64,000 nt of DNA from an uncultured Candidatus Bathyarchaeia archaeon (GTDB lineage: Archaea; Thermoproteota; Bathyarchaeia; Bathyarchaeales; Bathyarchaeaceae). Positions 54,741-63,339 of the stretch are shown in pieces. Position numbers and translations under genes: made by a program. The notes beneath the pieces were generated by a model. It made no database searches and was not told the DNA's origin. It saw only the letters and a list, made by a program, of their open reading frames with translations. Each line of letters opens with the position of its first letter. The stretch's first letter is position 1. Location of the stretch: positions 380 to 64,379 of the forward strand of contig CAZZLD010000008.1 of assembly GCA_964655075.1 (NCBI GenBank). The letters are read 5' to 3'.

Positions 54741-55796
54741 TTATTTATTTTGTGAAAAATCAGTCAGCCTTCGGTCCTTCAACTCCACGTACTGGTTTAT
54801 TCTCCGCGTGAAACTCGCCCCTAAAATACGTTCTAAGTCAGCGGAATACCGAATCTTAACGTTCTTTCTTGCCCTGATTATTTTCTGCGCGGTTAAAGGT
54901 CCCACGCGGGGTATCCTGACAATCTCGTGGTAAGTGGCTGTGTTCAGGTCTACTGGAAACAGGTCAGGGTTCATGTTGGCGAAAACCAGCTTCGGGTCCA
55001 TGTTGGGCAGAAAACCCTCATCGTCCACTATTTGATCGAAGGCGCTGGCTGTGAATCCGTAGTCTCGAAGGAGGAAAGATGATTGGTAGAGGCGGTATTC
55101 TCTTGAAGGTGGGCACGCGGACTGTTTCTCAAGCGGAGTTTTAGCCACGGGCTCGAAGCCGCTGTAGTAAACCCGTTTTAAGCCGAGTTTCTTGTAGAGC
55201 CTGTCGGTGGTTTGGATGTACTGCCAGTCGTTGTCGGAAGCGGCGCCTACGATCATTTGGGTGTCCACGCCAGCCTTGCCGAAGCCGAACTTCGATTCAG
55301 CAGCCTCAGGCTTCGCGCGCCGAACTTCGTCGACGACCCAGTCTAGGCGCTTGAGAATGGCTTCTTTGAAGCCTCCCTTGTCGGGGCAGAGGTCGCTGAA
55401 GGCTTCTCGGTTCGGCGCCTCAAGGTTTATTCCCACGCGGTCCGCCAACTCTACGGCTTCGGTGACGTAGTTTCGGCTTACGCCCGGCATAACCCTCAGG
55501 TGAACATACCCTGAGTATCCTGTTTTTCTGAGAATGCGGAGAACCTCAAGCTGTTTCTCCGTGACGTAGTCAGGGTCGCCCAAAACCGAAGAACTTAGAA
55601 AAAGCCCCATTATCTTCCTCTCCCGCCAGAGATGCATGGTGACGTCTACAAGCTCTTTGGGTTCCCAAATCCTCCGAGGGCACTTCCTCCCAGACCTGAA
55701 GGCGCAGTAGGCGCAATCGTTGCTGCAGTGGCTGGTGAGAAGCGTTTTCAACAAGGGAACGCATTTCCCCCGCGCCGCAGCCTCGTAGATAGGCAC
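54741..55796 (-). CDS. radical SAM protein with C-terminal HhH (putative DNA modification/repair radical SAM family)
   Basis: CSNDCAYC (CxxxCxxC) cluster. C-terminal VDLNTATYHEIVRIPRVGPLTAQKII. Confidence 0.7.
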   Translation of the reverse strand: MPIYEAAARGKCVPLLKTLLTSHCSNDCAYCAFRSGRKCPRRIWEPKELVDVTMHLWRERKIMGLFLSSSVLGDPDYVTEKQLEVLRILRKTGYSGYVHLRVMPGVSRNYVTEAVELADRVGINLEAPNREAFSDLCPDKGGFKEAILKRLDWVVDEVRRAKPEAAESKFGFGKAGVDTQMIVGAASDNDWQYIQTTDRLYKKLGLKRVYYSGFEPVAKTPLEKQSACPPSREYRLYQSSFLLRDYGFTASAFDQIVDDEGFLPNMDPKLVFANMNPDLFPVDLNTATYHEIVRIPRVGPLTAQKIIRARKNVKIRYSADLERILGASFTRRINQYVELKDRRLTDFSQNK

Positions 55797-55939
55797 GACC
55801 CCTCGGTCCCAGCGGGCGCCGAGCCTCAGAAGATGCCACTTATCTCTCTGCCGCGGCAGTTTGAATCTTCCCTCGCAACTATAATTTCTCTAAACCTAGA
55901 TTTAAGGAAGCGCTAGTGTGCGTAACAAAATAATTTGGT

Positions 55940-56284
55940 TTAGCATTCTCCGTTTTTTAGGTAGTAGTCGTCTTCTTTTTTGGGTCCGAAGCTTCTTACG
56001 CCTTTTTCTCTGAGCTGTTTCCTGAGCCGCTGAGCGTAACTGCGGTCTATTTCACCCCTCTTCTCTAAATAACCGATTATCTCTTCGGCTTGTTTTTGGT
56101 TGTCGCACCTGCGGAGGAAGTCGATTACGTCGGGGCTGTACCCAGCGAACCGGCTGGTTGAGGCTTTTTCCGCGGTTTCGCGGTCTGACCGAACCGAATT
56201 TATGTTTATCTTCTGTTTTTCGCCTTCAACCTCATCAGCTAAACGTGGAAACATCTTCTTAAACCGTTCCTTGTCGATCTCCAT
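55940..56284 (-). CDS. DUF2095-family archaeal protein
   Basis: PDVIDFLRRC...EEIIGYLEKRGEIDRSYAQRLRKQLREKGVRSFGPKKEDDYY. Confidence 0.55.
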   Translation of the reverse strand: MEIDKERFKKMFPRLADEVEGEKQKININSVRSDRETAEKASTSRFAGYSPDVIDFLRRCDNQKQAEEIIGYLEKRGEIDRSYAQRLRKQLREKGVRSFGPKKEDDYYLKNGEC

Positions 56285-56395
56285 CTTTGTTGTTGACCTC
56301 CGAGCTGTTTAGGTTAAGGTCCTAACCACGAATGTTCCTGCTTATCTAATTAAATTCTGCGGTGAACTGCCTATTAAATCTGCAGATGGAAAGTT

Positions 56396-57025
56396 CTAGG
56401 GCGCGCGTTCAGGCACAAACCGCCGGAGAGGGTTTTCCTCGACAACCTTCTGAAGCTGCGCGTAGCTCAAGCCGGTTAAGCGGTCTCCGTATATCTCGCA
56501 TCGCCTAGGCGCGTTCCTTTTTTCAGGGTCCCTGACGACGATTTCCGCCTGATTGTCCGACGGCAGAGCAAGATAAATGTGGAAGGAGGTTTCCAGTTTG
56601 CCTTTTTTTGTCACCGTCATCTGTTCGCTTCTTTCAACGCTGAAACCGTTTCTCTCCAGTTGAGTGACTGCAGCTTGCGGGTTTAAAGCGAAAATTTCTA
56701 TGTCTATGTCGCTGTTATGGTGGGCGGTTCCGCGCCAGACGCTTCCAACAAGCCTAGGGTAGAAATCCTTCAAAACCGCCATTATTGTTAGAGCTTCTCT
56801 CCGCATCTGCAAAAGCCGTTCCCTTCTTGGCGTTCCCTCCTCTTCGTCGGAGATTCTGTCCAGCGCGTTCGCCACTTCGAAGTTGCTTGGAAGAATTCGG
56901 GCGCCGAGGGCCTCAGCAGCCCTTCTTTTAGCCTGTCGGTATTCCTTCTCCTGCGACGTGTAGAGGAGCATGGCGGCTTCTCGGGCGACTTTTTCCCTTA
57001 ACTGCGTTAAACGTTTTTCCTTCAA
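56396..57025 (-). CDS. Pol-beta-superfamily nucleotidyltransferase
   Basis: GSVWRGTAHHNSDIDIEIF (G[SG]...DxD) motif. Confidence 0.65.
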   Translation of the reverse strand: MKEKRLTQLREKVAREAAMLLYTSQEKEYRQAKRRAAEALGARILPSNFEVANALDRISDEEEGTPRRERLLQMRREALTIMAVLKDFYPRLVGSVWRGTAHHNSDIDIEIFALNPQAAVTQLERNGFSVERSEQMTVTKKGKLETSFHIYLALPSDNQAEIVVRDPEKRNAPRRCEIYGDRLTGLSYAQLQKVVEENPLRRFVPERAP

Positions 57026-57060
57026 GCTTGTTCCTCTCTCGAGAACCGAGAGATTGCCCT

Positions 57061-57702
57061 TTAGTCTGCTTTGACTGTTGGAGGCTTTTTCGGGGTTTCT
57101 TTAGGCTCCTCTGCGTCAACCGAAGGCTGGAGAACAAGTTTTGATTTTCGCACGCCTACGTGGCGGAGGGGAGCAAATTTTTTGGCTTCGTTGTAGATGT
57201 CGGAGGCGATTTTTCCTAGAACGGCTTCTTGGACGAACTGGTTGAAGGTTAGGACCTTAGCTTTTTCTTCGACTATTCGTTTCATGATGTTGCGGATGGC
57301 CTGTTGCTGAGAGGTCTTAACGCGGGTACGGGAGAAGGCTGAAACGGCGATTCTCAGTTGGTAACCGTCTTTTGTCGTGACGTTGTAGAGTCCGTCAACG
57401 CGGGTGGTTCTTCTCCGGACTAAGCTTCGCAGGTAGTCCCGGGAGTATTCGTGACCTTTAAAGACGGTTTGGGCTGTTTTGCCGTCCACTTCGGTTACTT
57501 GGAAGTACATTTTCATGTATTGATGCGAAAAATCGTCCGTTATGTCATAAAGCGTCGCGTCAATGATCCTTCCCACGAGCCCCTCGGACTCTTCGGCTGG
57601 CACAAAGCCCAGTTCGACTCCTCCAAAATACGGAGGGGAAACTACCTTATACCATGACTTGCCGCGCCACTTGTCCCGCACGGTCTTCTTTTTTGTAGAC
57701 AA
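57061..57702 (-). CDS. rps3ae: 30S ribosomal protein S3Ae (eS1)
   Basis: KDKWRGKSWYKVVSPPYFGG...GRIIDATLYDITDDFSH. Confidence 0.9.
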   Translation of the reverse strand: MSTKKKTVRDKWRGKSWYKVVSPPYFGGVELGFVPAEESEGLVGRIIDATLYDITDDFSHQYMKMYFQVTEVDGKTAQTVFKGHEYSRDYLRSLVRRRTTRVDGLYNVTTKDGYQLRIAVSAFSRTRVKTSQQQAIRNIMKRIVEEKAKVLTFNQFVQEAVLGKIASDIYNEAKKFAPLRHVGVRKSKLVLQPSVDAEEPKETPKKPPTVKAD

Positions 57703-57772
57703 GGTAAACCTCCATGTTAACTGAGAACAGTTACAAACGAGTATTAAAAGCTTAACGCTTTATTACTGCGCG

Positions 57773-58327
57773 CTAATTATCAGGAGTTTGGGGGAAGGGA
57801 TAAAAATCTTGCTGAACCTTTCGATATGAGGTCCCCTTAAAATCCAAATCATAAGCGCTCATAATTATTTCTTTACGTTCATAATTGTATCTTAAGAAGA
57901 TGACTAGATACTTCTCATTTGGGAACATCAGCACTTGTTTGTTCAAGATATCTCTCATCTCTTCTAGCATATCAGATTCATTAGCATTCGGTCTGAGATG
58001 AAATAATCCAACCTTCAAAAGCGCTTTAATATCCACCAGTTTTTCAAAATCTTCCAATATATCTTTCTTGTTCTTTGATAGTTCAGACTCCATAGCCAAC
58101 CCCAGATGTCGGCTTGGCTTATCACATCGCCACACAATATCAACTAGATACTCTTTCTCGTTTTTGCTTGTATAAAGGGAATGAAATGTCTCCTCCTCAC
58201 CCAGTTTTCCAAAGTATTCCTTTACTTTAAAGGTCCAATCCTTAAGACTTCGTTCCCAAGCGAGTCCAGACTCGTTAAGTAACCAATTTCTGAACTTATG
58301 ACATATGTAATCCGGTCTTAAGGACAC
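57773..58327 (-). CDS. hypothetical protein, possible PD-(D/E)xK-fold nuclease
   Basis: 184 aa. EYLVDIVW ... LGLAMESELSKNKK resembles a D...E-x-E...K restriction-endonuclease-like core. Weak. Confidence 0.3.
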   Translation of the reverse strand: MSLRPDYICHKFRNWLLNESGLAWERSLKDWTFKVKEYFGKLGEEETFHSLYTSKNEKEYLVDIVWRCDKPSRHLGLAMESELSKNKKDILEDFEKLVDIKALLKVGLFHLRPNANESDMLEEMRDILNKQVLMFPNEKYLVIFLRYNYERKEIIMSAYDLDFKGTSYRKVQQDFYPFPQTPDN

Positions 58328-58333
58328 ACCAGT

Positions 58334-58828
58334 TCACCTTTCGTCCGAAACTAGATAAGAAAAGAAGCCAAGAGCAAAAAGGAGGAACAGAACACCAAGT
58401 ATTTGATTTCCCTTATCTTTTTCCGATTTAAGCCTTAATGAGAGCCTTCTAATTTGCTCTAAAACCAAGTTTGGCTTGTCTCTGTCTAAGACAACATAAG
58501 GCAAGTCGTTAATATCTTCAGGTATCTGAATCTCAGGCTCAACAATAAGGATAATAGGTTTCGCAAAAGCCTTAGCCATACCGATTTCGAAAAAAACATT
58601 CGCTGATTCGATACTATTCTCTGTCAAAAGAACGATTACATAATCCGAAGCGTGGATGTGGTCTTTGACATTTTCAGACAGAGGTTTTGTTCTTAGGTCT
58701 CTTACAGAAGTAGTTTCAAAAGTGTAAATGTTAACCCCGCTTTGTTTAAGAATACTGTATAATGAATTTACAGTCTGTTCATCTTTTGGTGAGTAACTAA
58801 TGTATACCGTAAAAGCCAATTCCATCAC
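58334..58828 (-). CDS. TIR-like domain protein with C-terminal transmembrane anchor
   Basis: FTVYISYSPKDE, SDYVIVLLTENSIESANVFFEIGMAKAFAKPIILIV, IPEDINDLPYVVL. C-terminal helix ILGVLFLLFALGFFSYLV. Confidence 0.6.
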   Translation of the reverse strand: MMELAFTVYISYSPKDEQTVNSLYSILKQSGVNIYTFETTSVRDLRTKPLSENVKDHIHASDYVIVLLTENSIESANVFFEIGMAKAFAKPIILIVEPEIQIPEDINDLPYVVLDRDKPNLVLEQIRRLSLRLKSEKDKGNQILGVLFLLFALGFFSYLVSDER

Positions 58829-58904
58829 TACCTCTTTTTCAATTCTATCACTCTAAAAATGTTGTGCCTGTGCCTAAAAAAGGATTACGTGCGTAACGAT
58901 TAGG

Positions 58905-59501
58905 TTATGATTTTCTGAACTCGGATAATGCTTTTTGTAATCTCATTGCTGTATTAAAACTTAGTTCGTCACCTTTGTATTCGCATCGATAAAGACCTTG
59001 CAGGTTAGAAGGCAGTTCAACTTTATTGTCAACCAGCAAAATTACTTTTTTGTTGTATGTAAGAAAAGCTGCACCAATTTCTATTAGAACATTTTGATTT
59101 ATTCCATAAGTCCCGTCTTCTCTTTTTTCTTGCTCGTCTGCGCTTACGTTAATTATTGAACAGTCACATTCTCTCATTATGCCAAACACTTTTTCAGGAA
59201 TAGGAATTGCCGTAGTTTCTCTTTCCTCAGCAATGACATATTCAAACTGCCCAAAATTCAAAATCTGCTTAATTGGATTAACTATTTTCTTATTCTTACT
59301 ATGAGAAATGAAAACTCGAGGTTTTTTGATTCCTTCTTCTACCACTTCTTCTTTCTCTTCTGTTTCCTCAATCTCTCCTTCAGCTTCTGCTTCCTCTTCC
59401 ATTTTTAGGTTCAAATCCCTTCCACGGTGCCAAACGACGTTTAAATCCTTGTTGCGCGCGCGAAGTTCCTTCCATAAATCATAAAAACTGAAAGACGACA
59501 T
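58905..59501 (-). CDS. CAP12/Pycsar-effector-type TIR-like domain protein with acidic N-terminal extension
   Basis: RVFISHS..., CDCSIINVSADE...INQNVLIEIGAAFLTYNKKVILLV, VELPSNLQGLYRCEY match the TIR-like (COG4271-type) pattern. The N-terminus carries an EEEAEAEGEIEETEEKEEVVEE run. Confidence 0.7.
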   Translation of the reverse strand: MSSFSFYDLWKELRARNKDLNVVWHRGRDLNLKMEEEAEAEGEIEETEEKEEVVEEGIKKPRVFISHSKNKKIVNPIKQILNFGQFEYVIAEERETTAIPIPEKVFGIMRECDCSIINVSADEQEKREDGTYGINQNVLIEIGAAFLTYNKKVILLVDNKVELPSNLQGLYRCEYKGDELSFNTAMRLQKALSEFRKS

Positions 59502-59535
59502 AGCTTAAGATAAAGCAATTATTTGTGATTGTAGA

Positions 59536-59994
59536 ATGACTCAGAATGGGAAGGATTACTCAGACTACATGAAATTTCTGTCAAACTTGGCGAGTGGACA
59601 AGCTTTCCTTGCAGGGTTCACATTTACAGTCATAGTCTTACTTCTTACGCGGCTTCCAGACCCAAGCAGCATCTCCTCACAGCTCGTACTGTTCTTCTTG
59701 ACAGTCATGTTCGGTCTGTTCATGTTCTTATGGACTTCTCTTAACGTAGAACTATTATATTCCGTTAAAAACATTCCCAAATCAACAAAGCGAATGGATT
59801 TGTTAAGGGTGCTAGTGGTCATTGCTGATATGATGTCTGGTGCCTCGGTAATGTTGATCTTTCTTCTCTGGAATCTCATCTATCTCTTTTCAGCATCTCT
59901 GGCTATGTACGCAATAATCATCATCGTAGATATCTTCGGAATAGTGAAACCATTGCAAGAATATCGTAGAAAAATCTTTCAAAGTGAAGATTAA
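59536..59994 (+). CDS. four-helix transmembrane protein (candidate membrane effector)
   Basis: 152 aa with 4 predicted TM helices. Divergently transcribed, 34 bp from the TIR-like operon. Confidence 0.5.
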   Translation: MTQNGKDYSDYMKFLSNLASGQAFLAGFTFTVIVLLLTRLPDPSSISSQLVLFFLTVMFGLFMFLWTSLNVELLYSVKNIPKSTKRMDLLRVLVVIADMMSGASVMLIFLLWNLIYLFSASLAMYAIIIIVDIFGIVKPLQEYRRKIFQSED

Positions 59995-60038
59995 AACCTG
60001 CGCACTGTTGGTTTATGTTCAACCGCACTCTTTCGGTG

Positions 60039-60614
60039 CTATTTGAATCTCGAAACGAACTTATTGCCCTTAATATAAAATCTCAGTAATTTGCTCTTGC
60101 CTTTTGAGATGCCTATTCTGGTTGACTTTGCAACGTCTACTCTCTCATCGGAGTCTTCTACGAATAGTTCATCTCCTGTCAGGTCTAGTCCATTGTGTCT
60201 TTCGTCTATTCCAAATGCCTTTGTTAGCTTTCCCGGTCCATTCGTGAGATTCTTTCCATTGTCGATGCCTCTGTTCTTTTTCATGATTTCTATTCCTTCC
60301 AGAGGCTCTAAAGCCCTTATCAACACGGCTCCCAGTTTTCCTGTTTTTGCATTTACGTTTAACATCCAATGGTTTCCGTAAGTGAAATAAACAAATGTGT
60401 ATCCAGCTGGCATTAACAATGCTTGAGGAATGCTTTTTACTCTTCTAAATCCGATAGCGCCAGGATCATCAAGTCCTAGGTATGCTTCTACTTCGACTAT
60501 TTTTCCCTTCAAAGTTCCTCCTTCAGTCTTGTGAACAAGAATTTTCCCTAGAATTTCTCTGGCGACTTTTTTCGTATCCTTAGAGTAGAATTCCCTTGGG
60601 AGCTTCATAAACAA
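60039..60614 (-). CDS. mpg: 3-methyladenine DNA glycosylase (AAG/Mpg family)
   Basis: VAREILGKILVH...GKIVEVEAYLG, YFTYGNHWMLNV, AVLIRALEPLEG, GPGKLTKAFGI. Confidence 0.8.
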   Translation of the reverse strand: MFMKLPREFYSKDTKKVAREILGKILVHKTEGGTLKGKIVEVEAYLGLDDPGAIGFRRVKSIPQALLMPAGYTFVYFTYGNHWMLNVNAKTGKLGAVLIRALEPLEGIEIMKKNRGIDNGKNLTNGPGKLTKAFGIDERHNGLDLTGDELFVEDSDERVDVAKSTRIGISKGKSKLLRFYIKGNKFVSRFK

Positions 60615-60793
60615 AGTTCATCCCTGTTGCTTAAGTCTTTTTGCACCGCCAACTGATTGCCATAACGCATATAACCAAGGTCTTCACCTCTCCAACGGCT
60701 CTTGAAGACTCACAGAATATGTCGCGTGTCCTTCAGTCTCTCTGTTAGCAGAACCAAACGCGCGCATGTAGGGTATAAATTATATGCCCCCCC

Positions 60794-60861
60794 AGCGGCA
60801 CTGCGTGCCGCTACCTCTGACACGCTGCCTTCGGCAGCGGATCAAAGCGTGCTAACGCACG
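60794..60861. other. three tandem GC-rich hairpins (candidate structured RNA, att/ori-type site)
   Basis: AGCGGCAC-TGC-GTGCCGCT (60794-60812), CGCTGCC-TTC-GGCAGCG (60823-60839), CGTGC-TAAC-GCACG (60848-60861). Preceded by TATAAATTATAT and a C7 run, followed by (CGGTTAA)x2. Confidence 0.5.
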
Positions 60862-61045
60862 AGCAGAAATAAGGCTGAAAAGAGGCACGGTTAACGGTTA
60901 ACGATACTTATTACTATTCTTAGCTATTAAGAGCAATAGCAGAAGAGGGAAGCAGAAGACAGGCTTCTGAAAACCTATTATTCATCGGGGCTAAGGCGAG
61001 TGGTTTTAGTAAAACTCTTATACACAGATTCAGTTAACTGTACTT

Positions 61046-61492
61046 ATGCCAAAACCATCTAGTCTAAGAAGGAAGTACAAGGTAATGCCCAAAGCCCTTC
61101 AAATTGAGAATTTCAAGAGATTGTTTCTGAGAGCAAATGATGATTATGATGACCCTGATGCTGAGATGGCCAACATAGATTTTGAAAATGCTGTAGAAGA
61201 TGACCTTAGTTTTCGGGAAAACTTGCGTAATTTTGAAGAGCAGTATCCGCAGTATCGTTGGAAAGTTCCTAAAAAAAATCCCTTAGGAGAAGAACGCCCT
61301 GTATGGAAATCAAAGTTCGATTTAGAAGGCAATACTGTCGCTTACACAGCAATAGTTTTAGTAAAACCACACAGAGTTACAGCAAAAAACAGAACTTACC
61401 TGCACGGAAGGATTCAAGCTACGGTTGACAGAAAATGGATAGGATGTAAGGCTAAGGTCTCAATACAAGTTCCTGTCGGGAAACGTGGGTAA
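61046..61492 (+). CDS. hypothetical protein with C-terminal AbrB/DUF2080-like swapped-hairpin domain
   Basis: C-terminus LHGRIQATVDRKWIGCKAKVSIQV resembles DUF2080 (putative transposon-encoded) / AbrB-like domains. Confidence 0.4.
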   Translation: MPKPSSLRRKYKVMPKALQIENFKRLFLRANDDYDDPDAEMANIDFENAVEDDLSFRENLRNFEEQYPQYRWKVPKKNPLGEERPVWKSKFDLEGNTVAYTAIVLVKPHRVTAKNRTYLHGRIQATVDRKWIGCKAKVSIQVPVGKRG

Positions 61493-61764
61493 ACTGCTAC
61501 GTAGTAGTTATGCGACAATTCATTTGATATTTAGCTTCTGAATTTCAGTTATAAAAGCGGAATCAGTGGAAATACTAAAAGTGAATAGAGGCAGAATAAA
61601 GCGGGAAACTTATATAGGTCTTATATAAGGTCTTGATTCGAAAAAGGAGCCTTAATCGGGCTTACTTCACGGAAACCTTTAAATAGAGCGAGTATTATTA
61701 TTAAAGCGTAAATCGAAAATCGTAAAACGTTGTAGGAAAACCAGAGATTTTTGAGGGAAATAAA

Positions 61765-61977
61765 TTGCCTAGATCACTCTCTAAACGTAAGAAAGAACAG
61801 CTCTGGATAAAGTGCCCCAGATGCAGATACAGATGGAGTCCAGACCCCAGAAAATGGAGAAACTGGAATCTAACGTACAATCACGAAAAGGTATTGACCT
61901 GTCCTTCTTGCAGTGCGAGAGTAAAAGTATCGGCTAATGTCGTAAGGCAAACACTCAAGCACAGAGGAATGCTCTAA
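61765..61977 (+). CDS. zinc-ribbon protein
   Basis: CPRCRYRW ... CPSCSARV. TAATG overlap with the next gene. Confidence 0.5.
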   Translation: MPRSLSKRKKEQLWIKCPRCRYRWSPDPRKWRNWNLTYNHEKVLTCPSCSARVKVSANVVRQTLKHRGML

Positions 61978-62483
61978 TGGACATGATAGGGTTCAAGGCT
62001 CCTCCTTCTTGGAAAGAACTGGTAAAGAAACTAGCGCAAGAGAAGGGATTGAGGGAATCTGAAGTTGCGAGAATGATATTCGGAACAGGCTTGAAACATA
62101 GATCTGAAGTAAACGGAAAATTGCACGAATTAGCAGAAGAAGGAGAAATCGTCATGAAAGGAAAGAGAGCTTTGGCGTTAAGAAAGACGATAGGACATTT
62201 CGGCGGTCATCAATCAGGATGGAGAGAAGCAGCCGAAAGAATAGAGAATCCTATTGTTCAACGTGCATATATAGAGATTACCGAAAATGTGCAGAGAGAC
62301 GTTATGGAATACTTGAAAAAGAGAAAGAAAACAAAGGGCAGAAGAACCCTCTTGGAATGGCTGTGGGATACTAGATGTCAAGGATGTCAATATCAAATAA
62401 ATAGAAACAAGGACTTTTGCGAGAAGTATTGCAAGGTGTATAAGCGGATAAAAGAGGGATTCAAACGCGGTAGAAAAAGGTAG
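61977..62483 (+). CDS. RHH-like DNA-binding protein with basic Cys-containing C-terminus
   Basis: IGFKAPPSWKELVKKLAQEKGLRESEVARMIF (strand-helix-helix). Confidence 0.45.
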   Translation: MDMIGFKAPPSWKELVKKLAQEKGLRESEVARMIFGTGLKHRSEVNGKLHELAEEGEIVMKGKRALALRKTIGHFGGHQSGWREAAERIENPIVQRAYIEITENVQRDVMEYLKKRKKTKGRRTLLEWLWDTRCQGCQYQINRNKDFCEKYCKVYKRIKEGFKRGRKR

Positions 62484-62498
62484 AAGAGGTGATAAAAC

Positions 62499-62873
62499 GT
62501 GACAAGTAGAGATGATGGGATAAGAGAAGTACTGAGACGAAAGAAACCAAGGATTCCAGCTAGTAGAAGGCTAGAGAAAGAGAGGATTATGAGGAGCTAT
62601 CGAGAGCCTGTATCGTTCAAGTTCTACGGAACTTACAAAGACGGCATAGAAAGGAAACACTTTGAGTTCTCTGTGGTTGTACCTCGTACTATGAAGAGAA
62701 GGGTAATGTACTTCTGGGTAAAGCGGACTGTAAGAGACATGAAATGGGAAGACGAACTTCCTGAAGGACACTATTATCACACCTATCGAGGATTCTTGAA
62801 CCTTCACACTCAGACAGACTGGGAAAAAACAGACGGGATAGTGGACTACGACGTCGACCATACAGCTACCTAA
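62499..62873 (+). CDS. hypothetical protein
   Basis: 124-aa ORF co-oriented in the element. No family recognised. Confidence 0.35.
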   Translation: MTSRDDGIREVLRRKKPRIPASRRLEKERIMRSYREPVSFKFYGTYKDGIERKHFEFSVVVPRTMKRRVMYFWVKRTVRDMKWEDELPEGHYYHTYRGFLNLHTQTDWEKTDGIVDYDVDHTAT

Positions 62874-62922
62874 AGGATTTCCTATACTCGGCTATGAAAC
62901 TAACAGGTACTTCCTGTTAGAC

Positions 62923-63333
62923 TTGGACAAGAGGACTAGCCTAAAAGAGGTCAAGAAGACAGCGTTAGAGATAGGCAAGAAATACGGTCTAGGAGATTGC
63001 TTGATAGTCCATAGTTCAGACGATAAACAATTAACGCTAGACCTCAAGCCTCTACAGAATTACAACTTGATATACGGAAAGAGAGTTCCTTTCGAGTTTC
63101 AACAACGGGTTCTAAAAAAGCTTCGGGATTCTGGAATAATAGGCGACGTAAGGTACGTTGAGTTCAGAGAAAAAGAAGGAAGCTCCACTTTGAGGGTTTC
63201 TCCGAAGAACCATCAGAAAGTATGTGGAAAAGTGTGTGGTTACATAAAGATAACTGGGGAAGTCGAAGGGATTATGGAATATTTAAAGTTCCTTCAGATA
63301 GGAAGGAGCATAGAGAAAGAACTCCTCAGGTGA
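62923..63333 (+). CDS. hypothetical protein (frame open upstream to 62842; possible degenerate AEP-like domain)
   Basis: The listed TTG start is preceded in-frame by PKGFPILGYETNRYFLLDLDKRTS with no canonical start codon. Confidence 0.35.
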   Translation: MDKRTSLKEVKKTALEIGKKYGLGDCLIVHSSDDKQLTLDLKPLQNYNLIYGKRVPFEFQQRVLKKLRDSGIIGDVRYVEFREKEGSSTLRVSPKNHQKVCGKVCGYIKITGEVEGIMEYLKFLQIGRSIEKELLR

Positions 63334-63339
63334 TGCTTA

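Noticed and set aside
60774-60785. TATAAATTATAT as the promoter driving a hairpin RNA
   Set aside because: The expected start site, about 25 nt downstream, would fall inside hairpin 1. The promoter-transcript relationship is therefore unclear and is kept only as context in the hairpin finding.
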